A stretch of 56,657 nt of DNA from Plasmodiophora brassicae (taxonomy: Eukaryota), in the NCBI GenBank assembly GCA_036867785.1, contig CP145413.1, positions 1,488,001-1,544,657 on the forward strand, read 5' to 3'. Below the pieces are notes generated by a model, which saw only the letters and a list, made by a program, of their open reading frames with translations, searched no databases and was not told the DNA's origin. The translations under genes and the position numbers were made by a program. This document shows, piece after piece, positions 22,565 to 35,631 of the stretch. Every line of letters starts with the position of its first letter. The first letter of the stretch is position 1.

Positions 22565-24340
22565 ATGGTGCCGCCCGGGGGTGCGCGCCAGTGGAGGACG
22601 ACGGCCGCCTTCCTCGGCGTCACCGCCCTGCTGGTCAACCTGAAACCATCGGAGGACTTCCTGTAGGTGTGTCGCGCGCGCGCCCCTGGCCATCCCGGTT
22701 CGTCATTCGAGCGCGCGCCGCCCGTCTCCTATTGCAGGACGCCGTTCTTCGCGGGCGACAAGGGCCTGACCCCGGCACAGGTACGGCTGTACGATCAGGC
22801 AGCGCCCCCTGGTGACGCCAATGCGCGTGTCGATGGCGTGCAGATTGCCGACGACGTGTACCCGCTGTTCACCTACAGTTACCTGCTGTGCCTGCCGCCC
22901 GTCCTGGTCGCTGCCGAGTACTGCCAACGCCCGAAACAGGTCATCGTGTTCGGCCTGATGGCACGCGAGGCCACACGGTTCTTGTTGATCTTCGGCAGCG
23001 GCCTGCTCGTGATGCAACTCACACAGGTGCCTCGCTGGACGCCCCCCGTTGTGAGGACCGGGCAACCTGACCCGCTTCCCATTTGTTGCATCATCGTCAG
23101 TTCACCTTTGGCCTCGCCATGGCCGCCAACGTTGCCATGTTCGGCTTTGTCTACAAGATCGTGCCCGTTGAGAAATACCACGTCATGGTCGGTATGGGAT
23201 GCTCTGTTTGGTGTCGACGCGCTGACGAATCTGCCGACCAGACCGGGTACATCAAGTCGAGCACGCTTGCTGGGCACGTCCTGGCCGGCGCCCTGGGCCA
23301 ATTCCTCCTATCGACGCATCGAGCCGATATCATTACGCTGATGTGGATATCTCAGGTGGGCGTCGCCGTTCTAGCCTCTCAAGTCACCGCCTGGTCATTG
23401 ACGCCTGCCCGATAGGCGTGCGTCTCCGCCGGCGCCATCGTCTTCGTCGTATTCGTGACGTCGCGACCGTGTACGCGTTCTGGCGGTGCATCGTTTAACG
23501 CGTCAGCGTGTTTGGTGGGCGCACAATGGGTACGGCGCTGCTGTGGATACTGGGTATTCAACCGTCCCTGCCAGGATCTCTACAAGAACGGGGACATTCG
23601 TAGGTGGTCGTGCTGCTACTGGATCGCATACGCCGTTGCCGAACTGCTTCTCACCTACAGCACGCCGCTCTTCATGGTCGTCGACGATGCTGTCGACCTG
23701 AACGGCGTTGTCGCTTCGGCGGTTCGACTAGCAGGTGCCGTTGGCGCTCTGGTGTCTACGGCGCCACCTATCCGCCTTGCTCTGGGTCAGGCGTCCAGCA
23801 GGCTGGCACACCCCGCTACTGTTGGTACTGACGACCGGCGGTATCGTGTTAACAGGGCGCTTCCCCGTCCTGTTCATCGTCAGCAGTACCGGTATCGTGT
23901 CCGCCTGCCTGGTGCTGATGGCGAACGCATCCAACGTCTACCTGTGCTACGCGCTGTCTGTCCTGGCGTACGCCATCCTGGTCATGCTGATCACGTTCGG
24001 ATCGGCGGAGATAGCCACAAGGTCTGCCCATGCCGTATATCGCGTCGCACCCGTTTGCTGAAGACTGGCAACGCTGCCCAGATTGCCATCCGACTTCTAC
24101 GTCGCCCTGTTCTGCATGACTGCGTTCGTGTCGCTATGTGTCCAGTCCGTCTGCCAGGTTGCCCTCCAGCTGTTCCCGGCCGTCCGCAAGAAGTTCCTCG
24201 TCCTCGCCGCCGTTGCTTCGCTGGCTGTCGGCGGCGCGTTCCTGTCACCAGCGTCCAGCGCAGCACACACACGTACCGATGAGCGACCGGACACCCAGGA
24301 AAGCCCACTGCTCGCCAGCCTGCCAAACCAATCGGTCTGA
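22565..24340 (+). CDS. Reduced folate/thiamine carrier (SLC19-like), multi-exon
   Basis: LKPSEDFL|TPF, VYPLFTYSYL and DLNGVV motifs, with many TM-coding exons. Confidence 0.8.
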
Positions 24341-24711
24341 TCCTACAAAGCCTATTGTACCGTGGAAACGGCATGATGTGGGTTCGCGAGGTGGGCGAAA
24401 CGCCGACAGCGGCATTCGATTGTTCTTGGCGAGAGCGGATACGTGGGCGCGCCGGCGAATATCTGGGTTCGTTCCGTCGACAGGAATCTGGAGGCGCCCG
24501 CAGCACGCCGGTCGGACGGCGACGCTGCGAAATGGTGAGTACATCAGTACCTGGGCCGGACGGGTCTTCCACTTCCAGTACTCTAACAGCAGGGCCCATG
24601 TCCCCAGGCGCAGGACGCGGCCACCGTTGCGATAGTGGTCGATAGCGTTCGCGCGAAGGAACCCCAAACCGACCCAGGTGACGATCCATTCATCCGAGTC
24701 GACACCTGGCC

Positions 24712-27700
24712 GTGAGACGCTCCATCCTGACGTGGTTCGTGCAACGTACAGGGAACGCCCTGGATGGCACGCGCAGCCGCGACCCGAGCGCGCCCGGCCC
24801 CAGGCCCAAGTCCAGCATCTATGACGACTCGGATGGCGACGACGACGACGACGACGAGGCGGCGGATGGCCTCGAGGCGCCAGGCGGCGACCTGTCCAGC
24901 CAGGTGGAGTTCTACAAGATGGCCTACGCCGAGGCCGAACAGGCTCGGGCCATTGCAGAAGCCACAGCGGGTGCCGTCCAGCGGCGCCTCCGGGACATGA
25001 CCCGCATCGCAAACGAGGCCCAGGAGGCCATGGACGCGCGCTACCAGTCCCGTTTGCGCGAGATCGACGCGAGGCGGCAGGCGGAGAAGGAGGCCGCCGA
25101 CCAGCACCTGCGCCAGGTCGAGTCGCAGCTCCAGGACCAGCAGGACATGGTCGCCCTGATGGAGATCCAACGCCAGACGATGCAGGCGGCCATCAGCAAG
25201 CTCGAGAGCGACCTGCGCCTGAAGAACGACAGCTGCCCGGCCTGCGACCTCCTGCGTCGTGACCTACAGCGCCTGGAACGCGCCCTGGTCAAGGCGTCCG
25301 AGCGCCGCTGCGAGACCTGCCTGCAGAACGAGGTCACCATCGAGGCGCTGCGCAAGGAGATCGCCGACCGCGACCGCCTGCAGGCGCTTCGCGCGACGAC
25401 GTCAACGGCGAGCGCGGACGCGGTCATCGACGTCGACACTGATGCCGACGACGACGAAGAAGGCGAGGTGGCGCCCGATGACGTGCTGGGCCAGTTGAGC
25501 GTGTTCAAGGCAGCGTTCCGGGAGGGCGAGCAGGCCCGCGCCGTTCTGGAGGCATCGCTGCAGGCGTCGCAGACACAGTGCCTGGACCTGCAGGCACAGG
25601 CGGCCGCCCTGCAGGCGCGGATCGACGAGCAGAAGCAGACGATCGCCGCGCTGGACGCGCAGCGCTCCACGACGCAGGCGACGACCGCCAGGCTGAGCGC
25701 ACGACAGGTCGCGGGTGGCGACCGTGCCTGCGTGCAATGTGACCTGCTGCGACAGCGGGTCGCCGAGCTGGAGCGAGCCGCCGAGAGCCGGTGCCCCGCC
25801 TGTATCAGGAAGGAGGCGCGCATCGACGACCTGACGAACGACCTGGAGGAGATGCGGACGCGGGCGCGAGGCCTGCACGACAACGTGCAACGCCTGCAGG
25901 CCGACCTGACCGCCATGACCGAACGACACGGCGAGTGCAGGGCCAAGCTGAACGAGGCGCTCGAGGCCAACCATCGCCTGTCGAAGGTGGCCATTGTCCC
26001 GCTGGCGGCGGGCGGCAACGCAGACGATCCCGTCGGGCAGCTGGTGTCCGAATTGCAACGCAGCGAGCAGCTGGCCGGGTACGCCCAGCCGCTGGTGGGC
26101 ATCGTCGAGCAGCACGCGGCCCTGTCGGCGATGAACGCCCAGTACGCCGACGAATTGCGGAGGCTTCACGCCCAGATCCGGGTGAGCGTCGACCCGGACA
26201 CGGTTCGGCACTTCCAGAAGGTGGCGCGCAGGCTCCGACGCGACGTCAACGCCATCGGCCAGGCCATGCTCGACATGCGGGATACGCTGGGCGGCCAGTT
26301 CGTCCGCGCCGTCCAGGAGCATGACAACCTGCGCCTGGCGTACAGGACGGAGCTGGGCGAGCGCAAGGCGCTGTCCAACCTCGTCCAGGAACTTCGTGGC
26401 AACATCCGCGTCTACTGCCGCGTCCGACCACCTCGCCCGGACGAGGACAACGTCATCGAGCGATCCGACGACGACGGCAACTGCCTCATCATCAAGAAGC
26501 CGGTAGGGGCCCTACCTATGCTGCGCGGGCGCCTGTTCGTCCCGTACGTCCTGATGACGCGGGTGCGACGTCCAACATAGGAGACAGGCACGTTCCGTTT
26601 CCAATTCGACAAGGTGTTCGAGGGCGCGTCCTCGCAGGAGCAGGTCTTCGACGAGGTCAAGGGCCTCGTTCAGCTGGTGCCCGATGGTAAATGGGACCGC
26701 GCGTATCCCCGGTCGCTTGCTCGCTGACCAGCGACGGCCCCGTTCTGTCCAGGGTACCACGTGTCGATCTTTGCGTATGGGCAGACCGGCAGCGGGTGGG
26801 TGCCGCGCGCCTTACCTGTTATTGCAAGCGCTGAGAGCCGGCCCGTCGTTGTAGGAAGACGCACACGATGAACGGTACGCCTGAGGACGCCGGCGTGCAG
26901 ATCCGCGCCCTGAACTACCTGTTCGAATGTGCCAACGAGGAGTCGGACCAGATCAGCATCAGCCTGCTGGAGATCTACAATGAGAACATCTACGACCTGC
27001 TCGCTGATGGCAACGCTACTGACGAACCGCTGAAGGTGGCGATGTCCGCCTCTGGAGGTCGGCAAGCTGGCTAGCTATCGCTGCGCTCGATGTTTCAGCC
27101 GCCCGTTCGTAATCGCTGCCCGCGTGCAGGGACCGCCGTCTCTGGATTGTCGCAGCTTGTTGTCCAGTCGCGGCAGCAGGTCCAGGCGGCGTTCAAGCGC
27201 GGTTCCAGGAAGCGCAGCGTCGCCAGGACCAACATGAACGAGCACAGCAGCCGATCGCACCTGGTGCTCTCGGTAGCATTCACCAGGACGGACCTGGGCG
27301 GTTCCATCTGTCACGGTCGGTCCAGCATCGTCGGGTCACCACCACCTGCCAGACTGACCGCGTCGTCGGTATCGCTCGCTGACAGGGCGTATGCACATGA
27401 TCGACCTTGCGGGGAGCGAGAGTGTGGGGAGATCAGGGGCCACCGGGGAACGTCTCAAGGAGGCGCAGGCGATCAACAAATCGCTGTCCGCACTGGGCGA
27501 CGTCATTGCCGCTAAAGGTGTGTCCCGCAATGTGTCACGGTCGGCAGCGCATCGCAGCGAGTGCCCTGAATGGATTGCGTCCCCTGGCAGCGAACAAGAA
27601 GAGCCACGTGCCGTTCCGCAACAGCAAGTTGACGCACCTGCTTCAGGAATCGCTGTCCAAGGACGGCAAGACGCTCATGATTGTCAATTGCAGCCCATCG

Positions 27701-27838
27701 TCCAAAGACGTCGTACGGATCCATCCACAGTATTCGCATTCCGAGTACTGACGGTGCTGACCGGCGTTCGTCCAACAGAACGAATCGATCAATTCGCTCA
27801 AATTCGCCACCCGGGTTCGATCCGTGGAACTCAAGTAG
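24712..27838 (+). CDS. Kinesin-14 (C-terminal motor), multi-exon; start uncertain
   Basis: Long coiled coil, neck [15 protein letters not shown]-loop [50 protein letters not shown]. Confidence 0.93.
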
Positions 27839-28066
27839 AAGAGTAAACGAAACGAGCTGGTCAACTGTTGGTGACGCGCTCCTGCGAGATACAGCGCCAG
27901 GGCGGGCTGGAAACCCGGAAGTAATCGAGCAGGTGAACCCAGCGGAGGGATTCGTGACCGGCGTCGACGGACGTACGGGCAAGTGGATCGATTAAGTACA
28001 CTGAGTCGCCTAGCCCGGGGCGAGCCTCATCGAAGGGCGCTGGAGGCGACAGTGCATCTCGGGCGC

Positions 28067-30091
28067 ATGTCCTTCCCGACACACAGAGCACTCTGGGCGT
28101 TAGCGCTGGCTGGCGGTGCCCTTGTCGTACACATCGGGGATCGGCGTGCCGTGGCTGTGGATGTGTGTACCGTCTACAAGCAAGGCTGCCTGGCCAGCGA
28201 TACCGTCATGTACGGGCGTACGCGTGTTCGCTGAAGCAGCGTGCCCAGTGCTGACCGTTAGTTGGTGGTCCATGCAGAGAACTGACCGGGAAACAGTTAA
28301 CGGGCGTTGTCGACACCACCTGGTTTGGAAACGTGTCGGCACCAGCCAAAATTCTCGTACTGTACGAATTCATGGTCGCCAGGTCATCCACCATGCATCG
28401 GTGACACGTGCACGAACGACAGGAACCTTGGGAACAACCAATTAACGTATATCGCGGCGGACGCCTTCGGCGCATTCGTCAACCTCGTGCACTTGTAGGC
28501 CGTACTCTGGGGGCTAAGGCTCGCCCGCGTATGGCGTTGCTAATCGGGGCCGAACAGGGAGCTGTGGACGAACATCTTGACACAGATCCCGCCGACCGTT
28601 GTGTCCTTAACATACCTGAACGTCCTGTACGTTTAGAGTCCGCATATACTGATATCCAGTCGCATGCCGACAACAGGTACACTGATGCGAACGGCGCAGG
28701 GATCTGGGCAACAACCAGATCGCGTCCCTGCCTAGCCACTCACTGGACATGCTGACTCGGTTAACATTGCTGTCCGTACTTGCCTCCCGGCACTATTGCA
28801 ACGCGATTGCTGACCGGCCGAGCGTGCAGGCATATAGATACGAACAAGTTCACGTACGTGCCCGATCACTTCTTCGACGCGCTGACGCAGCTGACGGACC
28901 TGAACCTGGCCAACAACAACGTCCTGTTGCGTGTACCCCGATACGCGTTCGTTCGGTTGACGAAGATCACCAGCAAACCGATGTCAGCAGCAGAGCGTCA
29001 TCCACGGGATGAACAATAGCGACGATGGCGCTGACGGGCTGTGCCTACATAGGGATTTCACCGACTGCTCCACGTTGCAGTGTGGCGCTCTCAAGCCACC
29101 GAACCTGCCGGCCACCAGTTATACCATCTCGGTGCCATACTGCCCGGCACCCATGTCGTCGACCTCACATCGCCCGAAAACGACGTCCAGAGTGAAACCC
29201 AGGCCACGTTCGTCGACCAACAGGCCGATCCGGCGCCCATCTTCATCGAGACCCAGAGTGCGTCCCTCTAGCAGCCGGCGCAGGCGCCGAACGTCAACCG
29301 TCCCGCGCACTAGAACCAGTCGTCCCAAGGGTGCCTCTCTTAGAGCCAGATCGAGTTCGGTGTTGCAATCGCGCACGCCTGTGGCGAGGGCGTCATCTTC
29401 CCCGGCGGCACGGGCAGCACCATCCTCGGGATCGCGATCGATGACGACACAACGCAAGGCGGCCACATCCGTCCGAACGCAGCGACCTTTGGCTCTACAC
29501 ACGTCGCGGACAACAACGGGCGCCCCTGAGCCTCCACCACCATCATCGCCGTCGTCTGCGAGCCAAACGCCCACGTTCTGGTCCATGATTACCGCGTCGC
29601 CGGTCGTTGCGGTAACGTCCATCGTCCTTGCAGTGGCCTCGTTCGTCTTTGTCGTCGCAGCGACTGTGGCCGTCACGCGGCGCTGCCTGAATCGGAGATA
29701 TCGACAAGCACAGACGCAGCAGACCCATCCTAGTAGTGGCCCACCGAATCAGGCGACGTTTGGGATACCCTCGTTCTGGAACAGCGTCCCATCGGTGAGC
29801 ACCTACGTCGTACCGCCAGTCGACAGCGCGCCATACGGTGTGGGAACGTATGGGCAAGCAGGTCCCCCATCACCGGAAGTCTACGCGACGCCGCCGCCAG
29901 CGTTGCTGCCGGATCGTCAGCTGTACCAGGGTGCACAACAGCGACGGGAGCCCATGGCGCCGTACCGATCCGAGCCCCTGCCGCCGTCGACAATGCGGAC
30001 GAAACCCGGCGCGAAACGGTTCGAGCGGATGGCCAGGCGTAATCGCGAACGTGCAGCGAACGACACTGTATCCAGCAGCGACATCGACTGA
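28067..30091 (+). CDS. Leucine-rich-repeat single-pass membrane protein, multi-exon
   Basis: Signal-like N-terminus, small exons each encoding about one LRR (NLGNNQLTYIAADAF, DLGNNQIASL, LNLANNN), an S/R/T/P-rich stalk, a TM (VVAVTSIVLAVASFVFVVAATVAV) and a Pro-rich tail. Confidence 0.75.
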
Positions 30092-30156
30092 GCATATATC
30101 GACCTGCACGGGCAGCCGGCGTGTGTGTGTTGCCCGTCTAGACAGTATACAAGGCC

Positions 30157-31218
30157 CTAGAGGTTGGACAGCAACGGGCCGACGATGACCCGCGTCTGGG
30201 AAGGATCCGACTCATGGATCACGACACGGTGCCAGGACTTGTAATCCATCTCGTCCCAGTCCGCCTTCGGGTCGTAGATCTGGTCGCCCGGCAACAGGAC
30301 GGCCGTATACTCGGGACTCTGTGTGTGCATCGTCCATAAGCGCATGCTGCCGAATCGGCATGGCAGGGCATCCACCCCATGACGCTACGTACCAGGCGTT
30401 CGATGCGGGGCAGGATCGGTTTGATGGGATGCCCGCGGCCGATATGTCTGTAGACCTCGTCGATGGTCTCCTTGTGCAGCAATTCGTGCATGATGTAGAT
30501 TTGAGGGGGCGCCATTTTCACCTCCCATGAAGAATACGCCTGCAGGGCTTCCGACGGCGTCCACCAGGACAGGTCGATCAACTCGCCGTCGCCCGATTGA
30601 TCAAGGAGCGATGCCTTGGCGGCCACGTCCGGATCCACGTTCGCCAGGAAGAACATGGTGTTGAACCGCCGCCTCTCGGAGACGGGCGTGATCCAGTTGG
30701 ACCACGGGCGTAACTGATCAGCCAGGTGCGCCCACGAGGGCTGCAATGACTGGAATGGGACGCGCCCATCGATCACATCGCGACGAACATCGTCAGAGCC
30801 GACCTGACATCCGTCGGCACCCAGCAGCAGGCCAGTCTCCTCGAACAGTTCGCGGGCGGCACACACCTTGAACCTGACAACATAGAGGACATGATGGGTC
30901 GCGCGGGACAAATCCAACGCGAGCGCATTCCGAACCTGTCCACGCCTTGCACACCGGTGATGCCGTCTTGCGCGTCAACCTGATGGGGCGACCAGGTCAG
31001 CGACACGGGCAACATATGGCGCTGCCTCCCGCCCAGCAGAGTACCTTCCCGCCTGGGAACACGACCCGGTTGGCGAACGAATCCGCGTGCGACGGGCGTT
31101 TCACGTACAGAACCCGGTACCGATGATGGTGATCGTAGGCAATACCAGTTCTGATGCGCGATATGCAGATGACGCTGGCTGCGTCGGCAACGCCGGCCAC
31201 TGCCGCCGTTGACGCCAT
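30157..31218 (-). CDS. Nudix hydrolase (NUDT19-like), multi-exon
   Basis: AASVIC, VFPGGK, Nudix box CAARELFEETGLLL, WSNWITP..RRRFNTMFF, MAPPQIY and LLPGD. Confidence 0.88.
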
Positions 31219-31384
31219 ACGACGAGAGCGCATCGCCTGCCCGGCACCCGATCACTCCGCCATCGCCCCTATGTTTACGGACGGAAGACATATGTATGTG
31301 GCGTCCAGTTGGGCCACCCGTTTAGTAGAAAGCACAGCAGATGCAAACGACTGCTTGCCGATCGCCAGGGCGCCCATCAATCCG

Positions 31385-32069
31385 ATTTACCGCTGGCGTA
31401 CGCCACGAGGAGTGCAATCTTGAGGAGCTCGCCGACCACGTAGGCGCCATGGTGAACACGGCAGGATGTCGGGCCAGGCATGGGACGACGCGATTGAATC
31501 GCCTGGAGCGCTTTCGATTCGGGAGCGGTTAACGCGGTCTGTGCCGACGTGAGCTCTTCAGCGATGATCTGCTCGGCGCGCTGCTGCAGGACGGGTCCAC
31601 CGAGCAGCGCCTGGTACATGAGTACGACCGTGACGCAGGCAAGGATGGTGTCGGCGGTCGAAACCGACCCATGACGCGGTAGAAACGCACGGTAGGCCCA
31701 CATGCTGGCGCAGACGCCACACTCGGCGCGGTTCAAAGCCTCGAACACGAATCGGCCAACTGAACGGAGAGCGTTATTCAGCGGTGGGGAATCCATGGGA
31801 GAGACGCGCACCGTCAAATGCAACGTGACGTCGGACGAAAGGAGCACGGAACTTCACCCAGGCCTGAAACACTCTGGACGGTCACCAACGACGAAACAGG
31901 CCACGACGAATAGACGCGAAACCTCGAGCAGACTGATGGATGCAATCATGCCGGCCCAGATGCAAGCAAGGTGCCTCAGTGCAGACTTCGATAGGATGGC
32001 GAGCAGCAGGCCGGACAGGCCGCCCCAGGCCGACACGATGACCAGTTGCGTCTTGACGTCAAGGGCCAT
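31385..32069 (-). CDS. Hypothetical small membrane protein, multi-exon
   Basis: Hydrophobic ORF pieces (MALDVKTQLVIV..., ILACVTVVLMYQALL) with plausible GT-AG introns. No recognised motif, and the 3' end is uncertain. Confidence 0.35.
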
Positions 32070-32407
32070 CGCGGATTTTCGAACGCCCACCGATGATTCT
32101 ACGGACCGGATGACGCCACAATCATGTACTATGCGTCCTCATCGCGTGTCAGTACGTGGGGCGGCGTTACATTCGCCGAGCAATCGACCATATATATAAT
32201 GTGGTAGGAGCAGAACAGCCAACTCATTGACAAAGGGGGCCGAACAGACGATGCATACCTAGCGCACAACTACTGTTCTTGACGGAACAAGTCAATCCTG
32301 CCGGCCCGTATCTGGCTGTCTGGCGTCACAGGTCCGCCGTCGAGTTATGGTCAAAGTCCGCCGCGGAGTCCGCCGCGGGGTCCGTCGTCACACACACGGG
32401 TGTCCCG

Positions 32408-34033
32408 ATGGCGCTGAAGAGTAAGGAATATCGTATTGAACCCACCCGTCGCCGTAAAGTGATACACGTTGTTCAACAGAGACCAAAAGCCATCGCCAGA
32501 CCCTCAAGGTCAAGCACATGGTCGACAAGAAGGCCAAGGCGCACCGCAAACGGGTCGCCAAGCTGGCGAAGCAGAACCCTCTCCTGGCCAAGCGCCGGTC
32601 GAAGGATCCAGGCATTCCAAACCTATGGCCTTTCAAAGAGGATCTGTGCCGGCAGATGCTGCAGAAGAAACAAGAGGCCGATGACCGCGAAACGCTGCTC
32701 AGGGAGCAGCGCCGTGTCGAAAAGGAACGTCGCCGCGCCATGATCGAGAAGGCGACTGCTCAGGCCCAGAGCAGCTTCGCTGAGCATACCGCTAAGGACG
32801 CAAATGTTGACGACCACACGGCGCCATCATCATCTTCGAACCATTTCTACAAGGAGCTACGGCAGGTGGCTGAAGCCGCCGATGTTATTCTGATCGTCCT
32901 GGACGCTCGCGACCCGCTCGGCTGCCGGAATATTGACTTGGAGGAACGCATTCTCAGCGGTGAAATGACGTCGTCGTCTCCGATCCCCAAACGCATCGTC
33001 CTTGTACTCAACAAAATCGGTAGCTGCCCTTGCTTTGTATCTCTGGTCTGACCATTCTACTTACCAGTCATGCTGGCAGATCTGGTGCCACACGATGTTG
33101 CCCAGGGCTGGCTGGATTACTTACGGCGTTCGCGGCCAACTGTGCCCTTCTCGACGACTGAAATCGTTACGTCCGGCGGTGCCGATAAGCTCGTCCAGCT
33201 GCTGAAGAACTACTCTCGGTCCCATGGAATGAAGACGGCGCTGACGGTCGGTCTAATTGGTATGCAAGCATGTGGTTGTTATTGGTGGTACGCAACGTTG
33301 ACGTTGCTGTGCAGGATACCCGAACACGGGTAAATCCAGCATCGTGAACGCGCTGAAGCGAACGCGTGCCGTGGCCACTGGTCCTACGCCGGGCGTCACG
33401 CGACACCTGCAGACCGTCCAGCTGGATGGCAAGATTTCGCTGATCGATTCGCCCGGCGTCATCTTCAACGACGACGGTGCCAATGCATTACGCAATGCTC
33501 TACGTGTGGAAACGATTGACGATGCCGTTGGCGCCATTGCTTCGGTGGTCGACAAGTTCCCGGCCGAGCAGCTCATGCAGATCTATGGCATCGGCCGGTT
33601 CAGCAATGCATCCGAGCTCCTGTTCCGCATCGCTCACAAGTGCGGCAAGCTGAAGAAGGGTGGGGTGCCCGATCTGGACCAGGCGGCCCGCATCGTGTTA
33701 CGAGATTGGAACACGGGCAAGATCCCGTACTACGTGCCAGCGCCAGTCGATGAGCAGTCTGCGCAGGTGAACGACGTGCAAATCGTGAGCGACTGGGCGC
33801 AACCGCTCGACATTGACGCGATCGGTGCTGCCGACATGGCCCTTGACAACGAGGAGGAACAGGCGATCGGCGACGAAAACGAGGAACCGGAGCAGGTGTC
33901 GCGGCCAACAACGCGTGCAATGAAGAAGAAGGCGAAGAAGGAAGCGCGGCGTCGGAAAAAGATACTGCCTGCAACGGGTGTCGCCATGAAGGACACGTCC
34001 GATTCGGAAGAGGATTTTGATTTCAATCAATGA
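32408..34033 (+). CDS. Nucleostemin/GNL3/Nug1-like circularly permuted GTPase
   Basis: KDPGIPNLWPFK, ADVILIVLDARDPLG, LVLNKI|DLVP, G|YPNTGKSS, DSPG, LKKGGVPD and DWNTGKIPYY. Confidence 0.93.
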
Positions 34034-34192
34034 ACTCAGATGGCTGCGAATGAGGGCAACGACATGCAGCCCGTTTGCTGTCTGCTCTACTATACCGAAG
34101 CGAACTCATTGGTGACAATATGTCGATAGGTGGTGGTGTATGGCTATGTCAGTTCGGACAGTGATCAGATCAATTACATATCATAATATTCG

Positions 34193-35307
34193 CTACATAG
34201 GTGTTGTTGTAGTGACCTGGATGATCCATTGCTGTGCCTGCTGTGCAACCTCGGCGGTCACCGCCCTTATGAACGAGTGCCCTAACAATTGATCGGCAGT
34301 GGCGCGTTGTCCCGGGTCTTTCTGCGTGCACTGGTCGATGAACGATCGGAACTCAGGCGACGTTGTCTCGGCAGGTAACGACGGCACGTCGCCCGACGTA
34401 ATTTCCGTCATGAGCGCCAGGTACTCGCCGGCATTCGGATACGGGTATCGGCCCAGCGCGCACTCCATGATGGTGATACCCAGGCTCCAGATATCGGACG
34501 GGAACGAATAGTCCTCGCCAATGATTCGTTCAGGACTGTACGCGCAGACCACGTCAGCGTATCCCCATAGACCAATCCGCGCAAGCGCAACCTCATGTAC
34601 GTGCATGTGCCAACGAACGTGGTGGCGACAGCGTTCTCCGGCAGTTCCGTGCTAATGCCAAAGTCGGTGATCTTGGGCCTGGCGTCCCGCGTCAGCAGTA
34701 TGTTCGATGGCTTGATGTCCCGGTGGACCATATGCCTCGCGTTATGCAGGTACTGCAGCGCCAGCAGGACCTGCTTGGAAAGATATGCGCAGACGATCTC
34801 CGGCAGACCATGACCATCATGCTGCTGTTGACGTCGACGCACGCTGGCGAGCAGGTCGACAAGCGACCCGAGCTGCATATGCTCCAGGACGATATAGATG
34901 CTGCCATGGTCGTAGAACGCACCGTAGAAGTTGACCAGGTGTTCGCAGTCGGCCTCGTAAAGCGTCTGCAATTCCTTGACCAGCGAGCGCCGCTGGTCCT
35001 TGTCGAAGATGCTGATCTGCTTGACGGCCAGGTTCAGGCCGGACGTGTGGTGCAGGGCGCGATGGACGACGCCCGTGGATCCGCGACCCAGCTGCTCCTG
35101 CAGGTCCAGCTCGCCGATATCCTTGATGAGGACGCCCGACGACGCCTGGCTAGCCGGGCTGGCCACCGGCTGCGACCCCGAGTCCCGGTACACGCCCGAC
35201 CGGTCGATATGCAGGTTGCCCGTCGTGAAGATCGTGTCTGACGCCTTGAACGAATCGTCCGGCTTGACGGGAACATCCACTGTCAGGCGCGGCTTGCCCG
35301 ACGTCAT
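34193..35307 (-). CDS. MAP kinase kinase (STE7 family)
   Basis: LGRGSTGVV, AVKQI, HRDIKPSN, DFG, TFVGTCTYM|SPERI and SDIWSLG, with one intron near 34540-34593. Confidence 0.92.
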
Positions 35308-35631
35308 GGATGGGAACCTCCCTGTCCGGCGTGCCACACGACAAGCGTCAGATGCGGCCGGCGCAGTCCGCCGCCGCGTCTCGGCTCGAACCGCGACCCT
35401 CCCCGCGTCAACAAACAACCACCACCTGGCACGAGCGCAACGACCCGGCTCAGAGCAAACACCAACGCCGGACGCCCGCACGCGCGTCGATTTCGCGAAT
35501 GACACGTGGATACGCCCGCGGAGCTGGGCTCGTTCACTCGCTCCAGATATACAATCCTTAAAATAGGAATGGACCATGCGGGGTCCGCAGCGACCGAAAG
35601 GGTTTACACACAGGTGACACATCGGCGACCG

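Noticed and set aside
24837-24856. (GAC)n repeat
   Set aside because: Poly-Asp within the kinesin N-terminus.
35308-35622. 105-aa N-terminal extension of the MAPKK ORF
   Set aside because: Starts at a non-ATG codon and crosses the intergenic region up to the PGM stop. MTSGKPRL is the likelier start.
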